Shown: one piece after another, positions 38,080 through 47,444 of the stretch
Layout: each line of letters opens with the position of its first letter
How positions within the stretch are numbered: position 1 is the stretch's first letter
Virus genome (UHGV): UHGV-1370141
Reading direction: 5' to 3' (one strand)
Source: a virus
Length of the DNA stretch: 64,000 nt
Notes under the pieces: model-generated
Seen by the model: the letters and a program-made list of their open reading frames with translations, nothing else
Database searches by the model: none
Told to the model about the DNA's origin: nothing
Translations under genes and position numbers: made by a program

Positions 38080-38439
38080 TTAGTGTGTTGCGGTGTTAGT
38101 AACAAAACGAATATTCTTCGCGGTACGTTTAAGGGACGTATTTGCAACGTAGTCCAACGCAGACTCTACGTGAACCGTTACTGAGCAACGCCCTTTAACG
38201 GAGTTAAACGTAATCTGATATTTCAGGCGAATTGCATCAGCAACCTTCATCATTATCGGTAGACTCAGGCGTTCGCTACGATCGTTCTTAATAGATGAAA
38301 TAACCGGTTGTGAAACTTTCGCAAGCTGGGCAAGTTCACGCTGTGTAATGTCTTTCGCTGTCAAATGACGAATCACGTAAGAAAGATGAAGACCGAATTT
38401 ACGTTTTGCTAAAACAATAGAGTTGTGATTATAAGCCAT
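38080..38439 (-). CDS. helix-turn-helix transcriptional regulator (119 aa from MAYNHN start)
   Basis: ITQRELAQLAKVSQPVISSIKN HTH-like segment; longer ORF start at 38577 rejected since it crosses promoter motif and hairpin. Confidence 0.5.
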   Translation of the reverse strand: MAYNHNSIVLAKRKFGLHLSYVIRHLTAKDITQRELAQLAKVSQPVISSIKNDRSERLSLPIMMKVADAIRLKYQITFNSVKGRCSVTVHVESALDYVANTSLKRTAKNIRFVTNTATH

Positions 38440-38493
38440 GGTAATTAATCCTAATCTGTAGAACAAGTCGTAAAAGAGATTACGATGTAATCT

Positions 38494-38523
38494 CACTAAG
38501 GTAATATATATCTGAGAAAAAAT
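38494..38523 (-). promoter_or_regulatory. conserved promoter-like motif (copy 3) with adjacent hairpin
   Basis: Minus-strand CTCAGATATATATTACCTTAGTG; hairpin gagattac/gtaatctc 38476..38494; upstream of HTH gene. Confidence 0.5.
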
Positions 38524-38530
38524 TAAATAA

Positions 38531-38550
38531 CCCCTACCCGAAGGTAGGGG
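38531..38550 (-). terminator. stem-loop terminator
   Basis: cccctacc cgaa ggtagggg downstream of kinase gene. Confidence 0.6.
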
Positions 38551-38558
38551 GTATGTGA

Positions 38559-39182
38559 TTAATTCTCTAAAATACAAGCAACGATTTCAGCCGCTTTTAA
38601 ACGGTAATCGTCGTCTTGCTTCACGGGTAATAAATGGTGTAGACAACCGCCTTCAGTGAGAATGTGGTGGGCGAAACGGTAGTGGTCACGTAACGCTTCC
38701 CAGCTTTGGTTGTCTTTTAAATACTTAACGGTAAGAACCTCATCGTCCCAATTCTTACCTTGTTCTTCTACCCGTTTCTTAAAGCGTGCTACTGCGCCGT
38801 CGTAATCCACATCTGTCCAAACGTACAAATCTGGTGCGTTGAAATGACGCGTTAGCTTACGTCGGAAAACTTCGTCTTTACCATCGACGCCCTGGTAAAC
38901 GACTGTAGAGGGACAGAACCTGTCGAAAATAACAACATCGTAATCGTCAACAACGTGGTCTAACGTGTGAAGGAAATCGTCGCACATCGCTTCGGCAATT
39001 TTTGCTTTTGCTGCGGACTGAATGACTAAACTGCGTGCGCGGATACCCGCTTCGGTCTCCGTCGTAGGGTGATTACGGATGCAGACCTTTAACCCCGCAG
39101 ATTCCAGCATACCTTTTACTATTTTGCACAACGTCGATTTCCCAGAAAAGTCAGGGCCATCAATAGACACTGTCTTAAGCAT
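38559..39182 (-). CDS. tmk: thymidylate (dNMP) kinase (207 aa from MLKTV start)
   Basis: P-loop IDGPDFSGKST and DRFCPSTVVYQG motif typical of Tmk. Confidence 0.7.
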   Translation of the reverse strand: MLKTVSIDGPDFSGKSTLCKIVKGMLESAGLKVCIRNHPTTETEAGIRARSLVIQSAAKAKIAEAMCDDFLHTLDHVVDDYDVVIFDRFCPSTVVYQGVDGKDEVFRRKLTRHFNAPDLYVWTDVDYDGAVARFKKRVEEQGKNWDDEVLTVKYLKDNQSWEALRDHYRFAHHILTEGGCLHHLLPVKQDDDYRLKAAEIVACILEN

Positions 39183-39243
39183 TATTGTTTTACCTTTACG
39201 CACTTTTAGATAAAAGGGGCGTAAAAACACCCCTTAATTTTAC

Positions 39244-39858
39244 TTACAATTCAAAATATGTGGAAATTAAACTCTCAAGGTTACGTTCTTCGTACACTTC
39301 CTTACTCGTAGGGTAGCCAACGGTATGGTATTTCGCTGTAAAAGAAATGGCCTTGTTTGCAATAACGTACCGGTCACCGACATTCACCTTTTCAGGATAT
39401 TTGAGGTTGAGCGTGACGGTGCGTATATGGGTCACCTCAAAATCTTTGATGATAACGCGATCTCTATGTCGTGAGATAACAATATTGCATCTGCCCGCTT
39501 CAAACTCTTCATAACCCCCTACCAGTTTAAGAGCTGCTAAACATGCGGTATAAGCAGGGTATTTATCAGCCAATAGTTGCTCTTTTGTTACAAAGAGTTT
39601 ATAGTCTTCCTCATCGCGAAGGTATCTCAACAATAACTGGGAACGGAATTTTGACAACAGTCTTTCGTACTGCGATTCCCAGAGTTTTCCATTTTCAGTG
39701 AAGAGATGACCGACAGTATACTTTAGTTTCTCACCTTCATAAATCAAAAGCGAATTTTTCGAGACAAAGCCCGCATCCTTTCTATTTTCGCTAATTTCAT
39801 TTTCAGCAACTTCAACTAAAGTGTAGTTGTTAGGAAGTTCAAAGCGTTTAATTTCCAT
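39244..39858 (-). CDS. hypothetical protein (204 aa)
   Basis: ORF. Confidence 0.5.
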   Translation of the reverse strand: MEIKRFELPNNYTLVEVAENEISENRKDAGFVSKNSLLIYEGEKLKYTVGHLFTENGKLWESQYERLLSKFRSQLLLRYLRDEEDYKLFVTKEQLLADKYPAYTACLAALKLVGGYEEFEAGRCNIVISRHRDRVIIKDFEVTHIRTVTLNLKYPEKVNVGDRYVIANKAISFTAKYHTVGYPTSKEVYEERNLESLISTYFEL

Positions 39859-39987
39859 AATTTATCTCTCTTTTCTAAATTGGTGAGTTACCGACTCACT
39901 ACGGTTGTCACATTGATAATATCAGTCTGTAATAAATTTTAGGATAAAAAAAGAAACCCGCCCCTACCGTTAGGTAGGGGTAAGGTT

Positions 39988-40596
39988 TTATTGATGGTCA
40001 ACAATCGGACCACTCCACACTTCTGACGTTTCCGGTGCGGTGAGATTAGCAGCCTGTGCAGACGGTACACACAGTATAACTAACCCTTGCTTAGCAAGAT
40101 AGTGCTGCATTCTTGCGGCCTGTACTGCGGTGTCCACAATAACGAGCTCAGCGCCTCGTAGAAGCGCTAAAGCCGCTTGGCCTTCTTGCGGTGTGGTAAA
40201 CGCGTCTGAGTCGTCCAGAATGCGTTTGAGGCGGTTATACGCAAGTCCTGTAACGTTACAGTGTTCGGTACGTAAATCAACAACCATTTCGTTATAGACC
40301 CCCACAACCTGTTGCGTAGAGTTTGGATAAAAGCGAAACGAGGCACGACGACGCGCACGACGGACTTCAGAAATCGCACGTTGGAGTACCACTAATACGT
40401 ATTTCGGTGCTGCGTCTGACGTCGGTCTACGCATCTTCGCTAACCGCGCTGCCAAATCGAGAACTTTCGTTAACGGGTAGCGGTGCTTAAACCCCTCCCG
40501 TTCAATCGTCACCCCACGCTTTGGTAGCTTACCGGTTTTGTTGATATACGCCACCGTAATCAGCAGTAATGAGTCGAGAATCATCTCTGACATCAC
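39988..40596 (-). CDS. hypothetical protein (202 aa)
   Basis: ORF. Confidence 0.5.
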   Translation of the reverse strand: MMSEMILDSLLLITVAYINKTGKLPKRGVTIEREGFKHRYPLTKVLDLAARLAKMRRPTSDAAPKYVLVVLQRAISEVRRARRRASFRFYPNSTQQVVGVYNEMVVDLRTEHCNVTGLAYNRLKRILDDSDAFTTPQEGQAALALLRGAELVIVDTAVQAARMQHYLAKQGLVILCVPSAQAANLTAPETSEVWSGPIVDHQ

Positions 40597-40606
40597 AATA
40601 CCCTCT

Positions 40607-40978
40607 TTAGAACCCCTCGAGAACAGCTTTCACAAATTCATAAACCGTGCGTCGGTGTTCTTCAAGTGGATAAACAAACTTAGAATAATCGTTGTTCCAG
40701 ACAACCGGATAGAGGTCACCGTCACAACTTAAATAGCTCTTACGAACCATGTAATAATCTAAACCTACACGGAAGTTTAACGACAGACTGCCGTGTTTAC
40801 TACAAACGTGTAGCTGGAGCGATTTCACACCGTCGCGGGTTGGCGTTTCAATCGTTTCCGCATACAATACATCCGAACACTGTTCTATAACGCTAACGAC
40901 ATCTCTGAGGTTGTTGTGAGCATCGATGGTCGCTTTTCGGAGAGCGTCGGTGTATTGCTGAAGTTCTCGATAGAACAT
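40607..40978 (-). CDS. hypothetical protein (123 aa)
   Basis: ORF. Confidence 0.45.
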   Translation of the reverse strand: MFYRELQQYTDALRKATIDAHNNLRDVVSVIEQCSDVLYAETIETPTRDGVKSLQLHVCSKHGSLSLNFRVGLDYYMVRKSYLSCDGDLYPVVWNNDYSKFVYPLEEHRRTVYEFVKAVLEGF

Positions 40979-41517
40979 CCTGCTAATCTCCTGTCTCTAC
41001 CGTAAGGCAGAGGAAATGCTTTGTGTTCGTATTCTGCAACGACGTAGGCAGGATAGAACAAAAGGTATTTATAGAACGTGGCTAATGTAACGTCTTTCGG
41101 GGTAGCCAGAAAATAATTAAGGTCAGGGTTATCCGGGAACGCAAAATGTAACCCAGTGTACACCTGACCGTGATATTCACCGTTAAAGGGCGTGACGGCA
41201 CAACGGGGATGTGTTGGCTCAACGTGTAACCAACGACTCCCTACGTGATAAACACCACGTACCGTCGCGTTTCGTGTTTTACCCAAATAACGGCAACGAA
41301 TATTCTTTTCCCACGCAGCACGTTGCGTGGGAGAACCCAGAGAAACAAACCGCGTTAAAGCTTCAGGTGTAAAGTAATCAAAAATGCCGGTCGGTAAACA
41401 CCAACACGCTTTATCGATTCGTACCACTCTCCAACCAGGACGAAAACCCACAGCGTAACGCTCTACACCAAAAGTATATCTAGACCCGTCGTGAAACGGT
41501 ACGAATCTTGCAGCCAT
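40885..41517 (-). CDS. hypothetical protein (210 aa)
   Basis: ORF; 94-nt overlap with next gene suggests a start uncertainty. Confidence 0.45.
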   Translation of the reverse strand: MAARFVPFHDGSRYTFGVERYAVGFRPGWRVVRIDKACWCLPTGIFDYFTPEALTRFVSLGSPTQRAAWEKNIRCRYLGKTRNATVRGVYHVGSRWLHVEPTHPRCAVTPFNGEYHGQVYTGLHFAFPDNPDLNYFLATPKDVTLATFYKYLLFYPAYVVAEYEHKAFPLPYGRDRRLAGCSIENFSNTPTLSEKRPSMLTTTSEMSLAL

Positions 41518-41518
41518 T

Positions 41519-41986
41519 TTAGATTTCCTTTATCATTTCCCTGCATTCGGTACGGAATCCCATTTTCTCATACAAGGAGATAGCTTTAACGTTGTTGTCT
41601 AACACATCCAGACTCATCCAACCACAACCTTTGGACTTTCCGTATTCACGGACTTTGTCCATAAGCGCACGCCCTACCCCTTGAGAACGTGCTTCAGGAA
41701 TCACATAGTAATTCCCGATGTAAACAAACGTGTCTTTTGAGCAAGAACCCAATGAGAACGTCATAAATCCCAGAAGCTGTTCGTTGTCACCCACCGCACA
41801 CGCACAGAGATAGTCTTGAGGCCAAATCTCTTCTAAACGCTCGATGGGGTTGAACGTGTCACGTCCAGTTAACTGACTAATACGCACTTTCTCTTCTGCG
41901 AACAACATGTTGTGCAGTTTGAGTACCTGGTCGCCGTATAACTTTCCGTATTTACTGTCGGGTTTGAGAATAATAGTGATACGCAT
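41519..41986 (-). CDS. GNAT-family N-acetyltransferase (155 aa)
   Basis: EARSQGVGRALMDKV...ISLYEKMGFR motifs. Confidence 0.7.
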   Translation of the reverse strand: MRITIILKPDSKYGKLYGDQVLKLHNMLFAEEKVRISQLTGRDTFNPIERLEEIWPQDYLCACAVGDNEQLLGFMTFSLGSCSKDTFVYIGNYYVIPEARSQGVGRALMDKVREYGKSKGCGWMSLDVLDNNVKAISLYEKMGFRTECREMIKEI

Positions 41987-43119
41987 TATTTAACCTCAAT
42001 CAGCGACAACCTGCACCATTCCAGTAAGCCTTCCGCAACACGCACTAACGAGGTAGTAAACGCATCTTCTAAACGCAGTGCGTTCTTATACCGAACGGTA
42101 GCGTCACGTAACTCACGACCGTCTAACGATTTCAGCTCTTTTTTCATTCGCTGAATTTCATCGTAAATACCGGTATAACCAACGCTACGTCGCTTCGTAC
42201 CACGCTGACGTAAAGCTCGGATAATTTTTTCAACGGCTTCGAGAGCTGAACCGATTTCGTGTAAGTTCAGAGATTTGATTGTGTGGCCAAAATCACCATC
42301 ACGGGCAATCGCCCACTCAATCTTACCGCTGTCGTGTTCAACGACCACCACGTTACCTGGCCACGGATACGCTTTCACCGTTTTAAACGGATCGATAATA
42401 CCGAACAGCCCTGCACTACGTTTAATCGCCCAGTTCGTTGAGCGGCCTACTTTCTCCAAGCCACTCTCAGTAACTTTCTTGCTCTTACCAATAATGGTGC
42501 GCGTTTTAACGGTATACTCGTTGACCATCGCATCCAATGCGTTCAGGTTCTTACTGAACTCAATACACGCTTTTACATTAGGTTTGTCTTCTAAACAAAC
42601 TTTGGTCGTCCAGCTTCCCGTGTCGCAGTCAACCGGTTTTAAGGTGTCTTTGTCACCGATTAAACTTAGACGGGCATTTAACTTTTGCAGTTTGCGCTCT
42701 AAGGTCGTCGCTTTAGACGTCGCTTCTTTTAATTCCTTAATGACTTCTTTACCCGCAGCTTCGGCAAAATCCACAAAACGTAAAGCAAGTTGTTTGGAAT
42801 GTTTACCTGCAAAGTTCGCTGACGCTTTTGCACCTGCACTGGCAGCACGTCCTGCTACCCGACTTACGCCACGAACCGCACGTCCGGTGAGTCGCGCCGC
42901 CGCTTTGCCTATCCCTTTATCAGGTTCCGTGTCTGACAAAAACTGTGCACGGTGCATCATGGCCGCAGACTCTGACGCAACAACCACATCATCCAAAAGC
43001 CAACGTTTACGGATAGCAACGATAGCCGGATAATTGTCTTTTACTCCAATGGATTCTAACGCTACGAGTCGGTCGTAATCGTCACAAAGCACTTCTAAGT
43101 CGCTATCTAACGTTGACAT
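41986..43119 (-). CDS. hypothetical protein (377 aa), paralog of 43126..44010
   Basis: C-terminal half aligns with neighbour (YTGIYDEIQRMKKEL... vs YSGIYQEAEKIKDKM...). Confidence 0.55.
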   Translation of the reverse strand: MSTLDSDLEVLCDDYDRLVALESIGVKDNYPAIVAIRKRWLLDDVVVASESAAMMHRAQFLSDTEPDKGIGKAAARLTGRAVRGVSRVAGRAASAGAKASANFAGKHSKQLALRFVDFAEAAGKEVIKELKEATSKATTLERKLQKLNARLSLIGDKDTLKPVDCDTGSWTTKVCLEDKPNVKACIEFSKNLNALDAMVNEYTVKTRTIIGKSKKVTESGLEKVGRSTNWAIKRSAGLFGIIDPFKTVKAYPWPGNVVVVEHDSGKIEWAIARDGDFGHTIKSLNLHEIGSALEAVEKIIRALRQRGTKRRSVGYTGIYDEIQRMKKELKSLDGRELRDATVRYKNALRLEDAFTTSLVRVAEGLLEWCRLSLIEVK

Positions 43120-43125
43120 GATAAT

Positions 43126-44010
43126 TTACTCGTTTGCTTTGATCGTCGCTTTCACCCAGGCTAACAACCCATCCGCTACTCGGTCGAGTGCAGTGGTCAC
43201 CGCGTCTTCCAACTTAATAACGTTTTTGTAAGCGCGTTTAACCTCGGAGATTTCATCCCGATCGACTTTGTACATTTTATCTTTAATCTTTTCAGCTTCT
43301 TGGTAAATACCGCTGTAGCCAAAAAGTCCGTTTTTCGCGTTGCGAGATTCCATGATGTCTGCAATCTTACGCACCGCTTTTAATGCCTGGTGACATTCAC
43401 GCTCGGTGAGTGCGGCAATAGTGTCTTTATACATCCCGCCGTTACCGATACCGAACGTAGTCTTACTTTTACCCAGTTCACCCTGCGTAACGACGTAGAC
43501 GTTTCCTGCTAACGGATACGCAGTAACTTCCGTGCCCATCAAATTAGGGATATACCCCATCGCACGATGAATCGCTGAACTACTGGAGTAGCTCAATTCT
43601 TTTAACATCCCGTCTTCAACTTTACGGTGAACTTCTTTAGGACCGATAGCCATCGGGTTAGTCACAACCAGGAATTTCTTCGCAGCCGCCTCGAACCCGT
43701 TTACGGAATCGACTAACTTAAGACATTCTTTTAAATCAGGAACGTCTTCGTAACACACGCGCGCACACCAGGTGCCCGCAGGAACCACTTTGGCAGAAAA
43801 CGTTTTGACGTCTTTCAACCGATCTTCTAATCGGTCAGCGTCTTCTTTCATCGTTTTCATTTTGCCGGTGACGACACGCTTAGCATCGTGTAATCGGTTG
43901 TTCACTAAACCGATAATTTCCAAATAGACCTGGTGGCCATACGAGGCAGAAGAGTCGGTGCGATCGCGAGACTCCTGTCCCACCTGTTGGCCAATCCAAC
44001 TACGACGCAT
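43126..44010 (-). CDS. hypothetical protein (294 aa), paralog of 41986..43119
   Basis: ORF; tandem paralogy. Confidence 0.55.
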   Translation of the reverse strand: MRRSWIGQQVGQESRDRTDSSASYGHQVYLEIIGLVNNRLHDAKRVVTGKMKTMKEDADRLEDRLKDVKTFSAKVVPAGTWCARVCYEDVPDLKECLKLVDSVNGFEAAAKKFLVVTNPMAIGPKEVHRKVEDGMLKELSYSSSSAIHRAMGYIPNLMGTEVTAYPLAGNVYVVTQGELGKSKTTFGIGNGGMYKDTIAALTERECHQALKAVRKIADIMESRNAKNGLFGYSGIYQEAEKIKDKMYKVDRDEISEVKRAYKNVIKLEDAVTTALDRVADGLLAWVKATIKANE

Positions 44011-44046
44011 ATCGAGATTTCCTTTGTAAAACGGTTAAAGTCAAGT

Positions 44047-44613
44047 TCATAATAAACGAAGACTTTCCAACCACTTATCTCGATCGGCGGTATGGTAGTA
44101 ACAAGGAACGTCGATTGACTTCGCATATTTTACACCCATCGCAGTACCACCTTTTGCGTTTCCGTGTTTGTCGTGGTCGCTGAAATAATAGACTGCGTCT
44201 ACCGGTTCGTCTAAGCGGTCACCTGCGATGATGTTCAGATTACGGCCGTGTAACGCCCAGGCAATCGGTGAGAGCTTATCTGGGTTTGGGTGGAGTGAAG
44301 CAACAACTGCTCGGTACTGAACGTCTTGTGGGATATAACGAAACTCTACCTTAGGGTGTATTTTCCCTAACCACATTTTCTTTTCATCCGGCAGATAACA
44401 AACGCTCTTAACGTCCTCGGTACGTGCTATCATAAACTGAAGTTGGTCTGGGCCTTTATAACATCCTCCAGAACGGGTGGTAATCGTGTAGCCTTTCTTT
44501 CGTAAGATTCGAAACCCTTCCCGTAACGTGTCTAACATTTCCTCCATAACGTCTTCCGGTGTTTCTCGAGACCCGATAATCGCGATTTTATATTCTTTCA
44601 TGGTCACCTCCAT
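44047..44613 (-). CDS. Rossmann-like SLOG/DprA-like protein candidate (188 aa)
   Basis: KIAIIGSRE motif near N-terminus. Confidence 0.35.
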   Translation of the reverse strand: MEVTMKEYKIAIIGSRETPEDVMEEMLDTLREGFRILRKKGYTITTRSGGCYKGPDQLQFMIARTEDVKSVCYLPDEKKMWLGKIHPKVEFRYIPQDVQYRAVVASLHPNPDKLSPIAWALHGRNLNIIAGDRLDEPVDAVYYFSDHDKHGNAKGGTAMGVKYAKSIDVPCYYHTADRDKWLESLRLL

Positions 44614-44682
44614 AAAGACCGTCGATAATGAAAAAAAGAAAAGTAGAGAGAGCCCGAAAGCTCTCTCTACCCACCGTTACTA

Positions 44683-45345
44683 TTACATTTCCAGGCCGCT
44701 TAAGACGACTGTCTCAACCAACGCCTGGCCCATCCACACTTCTAACTCACCGTCCAAATCCGCCAATGGTTTCTTGTTCAGTTCGTTATTGTAATTAAGA
44801 CCGTCTAATGTCGTGTCGTTAATCACCTGCCCTAAGTGTAGAGGTAAGATGAATCGGTTTCTCGCACTATAAATAAAAGAGTCGCACTCGTAAACAACCA
44901 CATAGCGTTCGATAGACTCGTCAAACTCAATGTGACACTGTGAACCGGTGTCCCAAGCGCGCGATATCACCATACCTCGGTCTTGGCACATTTTCTCTAC
45001 AGCGACTTTAGCGGAAGCTGCCCACGTATCGTAGTTCTTAGGTTGACCGTTTTCGAAATCAAACCAATCCAGATACTTGGCAGGAATCTCAAGGAAGTCG
45101 TTCAGTTGAAGCTTTGTGTAGGTAATCAGTACCGCATCGTTTATGTCGTTACGGTTCGTTAACTTTACCTTATAGCGTCCTTCCGGTGTTGGGGCACCGA
45201 CGAGCGTAACGTCTACCTTTTCAGCCGAAAGCTTTTTCCGTACACTGTCGCTGTTACAATAACTAACGAGATTAAGTAAGTTCTGTCTGTGGCCAACGTC
45301 GAAATCAATTACAAAAGACATACGAACTCCGTGGGGGCTAATCAC
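44683..45345 (-). CDS. hypothetical protein (220 aa)
   Basis: ORF. Confidence 0.5.
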   Translation of the reverse strand: MISPHGVRMSFVIDFDVGHRQNLLNLVSYCNSDSVRKKLSAEKVDVTLVGAPTPEGRYKVKLTNRNDINDAVLITYTKLQLNDFLEIPAKYLDWFDFENGQPKNYDTWAASAKVAVEKMCQDRGMVISRAWDTGSQCHIEFDESIERYVVVYECDSFIYSARNRFILPLHLGQVINDTTLDGLNYNNELNKKPLADLDGELEVWMGQALVETVVLSGLEM

Positions 45346-45734
45346 TAATACCCGTATAACGGATAACGTGCTGTGATTTCATCACCCGCATAAAAGGTTA
45401 AACGTTGTATATTAATGTTTTTATTCGTGTAAGGTACGGTTTCTAACGTCACCTTAACCATTGCAGAGCAGCTACCCGGATCAACAAACTGATAAGTTCG
45501 ACGTTTGATGTTCACCAGATAAAATCCACCCGCAGGGCATAAGTCCGTTTTGCCGTAATTCACCACTGCAAACTCATCGTTTTGAACCGCAGTGACGGGT
45601 TGGTCATCTGCTTTAAACACAACCGGTTTATCGCCAGGGACAGCGGGTTCGTAACGACTGATATCGTACGGTTTAAAATCCGCTAATACAGAAAACGAAA
45701 GTAACATTAGAAATGGAGTAATAAAACGTTTCAT
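45345..45734 (-). CDS. secreted hypothetical protein (129 aa)
   Basis: N-terminal signal peptide MKRFITPFLMLLSFSVLA. Confidence 0.5.
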   Translation of the reverse strand: MKRFITPFLMLLSFSVLADFKPYDISRYEPAVPGDKPVVFKADDQPVTAVQNDEFAVVNYGKTDLCPAGGFYLVNIKRRTYQFVDPGSCSAMVKVTLETVPYTNKNINIQRLTFYAGDEITARYPLYGY

Positions 45735-46210
45735 CAGTTTACCTCATCGAGATAAACACGAAGCCAAGGCATTGACTCTAAACGCGGCATCATATTCCGG
45801 GTGTTCGGAGACCAACGCAATGACTCGTGGTATTTCTTTTTGAAACGTTCCCAGTGATACGAGAACGGTTTGGGTTGAAAACCACGCTCTTTAAGCACTT
45901 CTTCCCAAACCAGGTCTTTAATGAAATCGTCGACTAACATTAAAACCAACACCTTCCATTTACTCCGGCGATAGTGTCGTTGAAAACACTTACGGAGTTC
46001 TGAAAAGTCTTCTCGTTTACTGGAACGTACTACTGGGACAGCTTTCTCTTTATATTGCGAACAATGGCTGTGTTGTACGATCTTAACCGGAACGCCCCGA
46101 ACCTTACCAGCTTGAATATCCAGTTCGTGTTCGGGGACGATTTCAACACAACGTAATGCTTTTGCTCGATTGTCTTCTAAGCACCGCGTCTCATATTCGA
46201 CACGTATCAT
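45734..46210 (-). CDS. hypothetical protein (158 aa)
   Basis: ORF. Confidence 0.5.
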   Translation of the reverse strand: MIRVEYETRCLEDNRAKALRCVEIVPEHELDIQAGKVRGVPVKIVQHSHCSQYKEKAVPVVRSSKREDFSELRKCFQRHYRRSKWKVLVLMLVDDFIKDLVWEEVLKERGFQPKPFSYHWERFKKKYHESLRWSPNTRNMMPRLESMPWLRVYLDEVN

Positions 46211-46226
46211 TTTAGACTCTCAACGG

Positions 46227-46703
46227 TTAATAAATTTTATCCGCAACAGAGAGAAAGATGGGCGTGTTTTCGATAAAATCCACCAAATATCCTTCTTCCG
46301 GCGGGGCGTATGACGAAACAACGTTACCGTTCGTCATACGAAAATACCGACGAGAGTCGCTGGCGATATACCAACGGTCAATCTGGTAGCCTTTTTTCGA
46401 AAAGAAACACAGGCCGTCAATGTTCGAAGGGTGGACACGACACGTCACCATTTGGCGATCGGAATTCAGTTGAACGTACTGCAATAAGAACGAACCCACA
46501 CCGAAACGTCGAGAGCCTTCCGCTACCACCAGATAGATAAGATTACCCGGTTCCCAAATCGCGATACCGTGCGTAATGTCGTCTTCTATCGCTAACGTAA
46601 TACGAACAGGTGTTTCGCGTATCGAGTTTAAGTCCTTGATATATTCGCGTAATTGTGGAAATTTAGCGGAGATTTTGTCTTCAGTAATATCTAACTGCTG
46701 CAT
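46227..46703 (-). CDS. GNAT-like acetyltransferase candidate (158 aa)
   Basis: RRFGVGSFLL and FFSKKGYQ resemble GNAT motifs A/B. Confidence 0.4.
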   Translation of the reverse strand: MQQLDITEDKISAKFPQLREYIKDLNSIRETPVRITLAIEDDITHGIAIWEPGNLIYLVVAEGSRRFGVGSFLLQYVQLNSDRQMVTCRVHPSNIDGLCFFSKKGYQIDRWYIASDSRRYFRMTNGNVVSSYAPPEEGYLVDFIENTPIFLSVADKIY

Positions 46704-47356
46704 TATTGTTCCCCAATTGACATAACGTTATTAACGAATTCAGCCCACGTAGTGTTCTCGCCGGAAGTAAATAAACTGCTAAGCGGAACGTTTCGGTGTT
46801 TTGGAATAATCGTATCGAGTTTATTTACTGGAACTTCGCTCCATAGCGCCCAGCCGTACAACCCCTCCACCGTTTTTCTCTCACCGTGCAATACCGGCAC
46901 CCACCACGCAAACTGTACGAATCTTTTACCGCGACAAGTTTTGAGAGTTGTGGTAAAACCGTGGTCTAACATGCGTACGTCATCAACCTTACAGTTAATT
47001 GAGAAAAGACCGTAGCGGGTGAGTAATTTTCTTATCTGAAACGTCAGTTCGATCTGATAACTCTTCAGTTTATCGGTGTCCAAATAAACCCGACCTTTCC
47101 CAACCCCGATTCCTTTCTGTTCTAAATACTCTGCGATTAACGCAGACGTACTCCCTTCTACGCCAGGGCAATCTAATCCGCCCGACAAAGGTACTGCATT
47201 ATAATAATGATGCAGCGTCTCCTGGAAAGCCGTCAACACAAATTCTTCGTCTTTAATGAAATCAATGACCTCCCCATTAGAGGCAGGCAATGGGGCAAGC
47301 TTCAATTCCCAGATAGGAATCAGTAGCGTTCTGGTCATTAAACGTAGTGGTTCCAT
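46703..47356 (-). CDS. hypothetical protein (217 aa)
   Basis: ORF. Confidence 0.5.
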   Translation of the reverse strand: MEPLRLMTRTLLIPIWELKLAPLPASNGEVIDFIKDEEFVLTAFQETLHHYYNAVPLSGGLDCPGVEGSTSALIAEYLEQKGIGVGKGRVYLDTDKLKSYQIELTFQIRKLLTRYGLFSINCKVDDVRMLDHGFTTTLKTCRGKRFVQFAWWVPVLHGERKTVEGLYGWALWSEVPVNKLDTIIPKHRNVPLSSLFTSGENTTWAEFVNNVMSIGEQ

Positions 47357-47444
47357 GATAAGTCTCCTTGTTCAAGTCTCACAGTATGATCAAAAATTGT
47401 AAAATAAAAAGAAGAAAACCTCTACCCGAAGGTAGAGGTTGGTT

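Noticed and set aside
38440-38577. N-terminal extension of the HTH regulator ORF to 38577
   Set aside because: Extension would read through the conserved promoter-like motif and a terminator hairpin; an internal ATG at 38439 with an AGGA RBS gives a normal-sized HTH protein
42275-43033. 252-aa plus-strand ORF
   Set aside because: Antisense to 41986..43119, which has a paralog and conserved motifs
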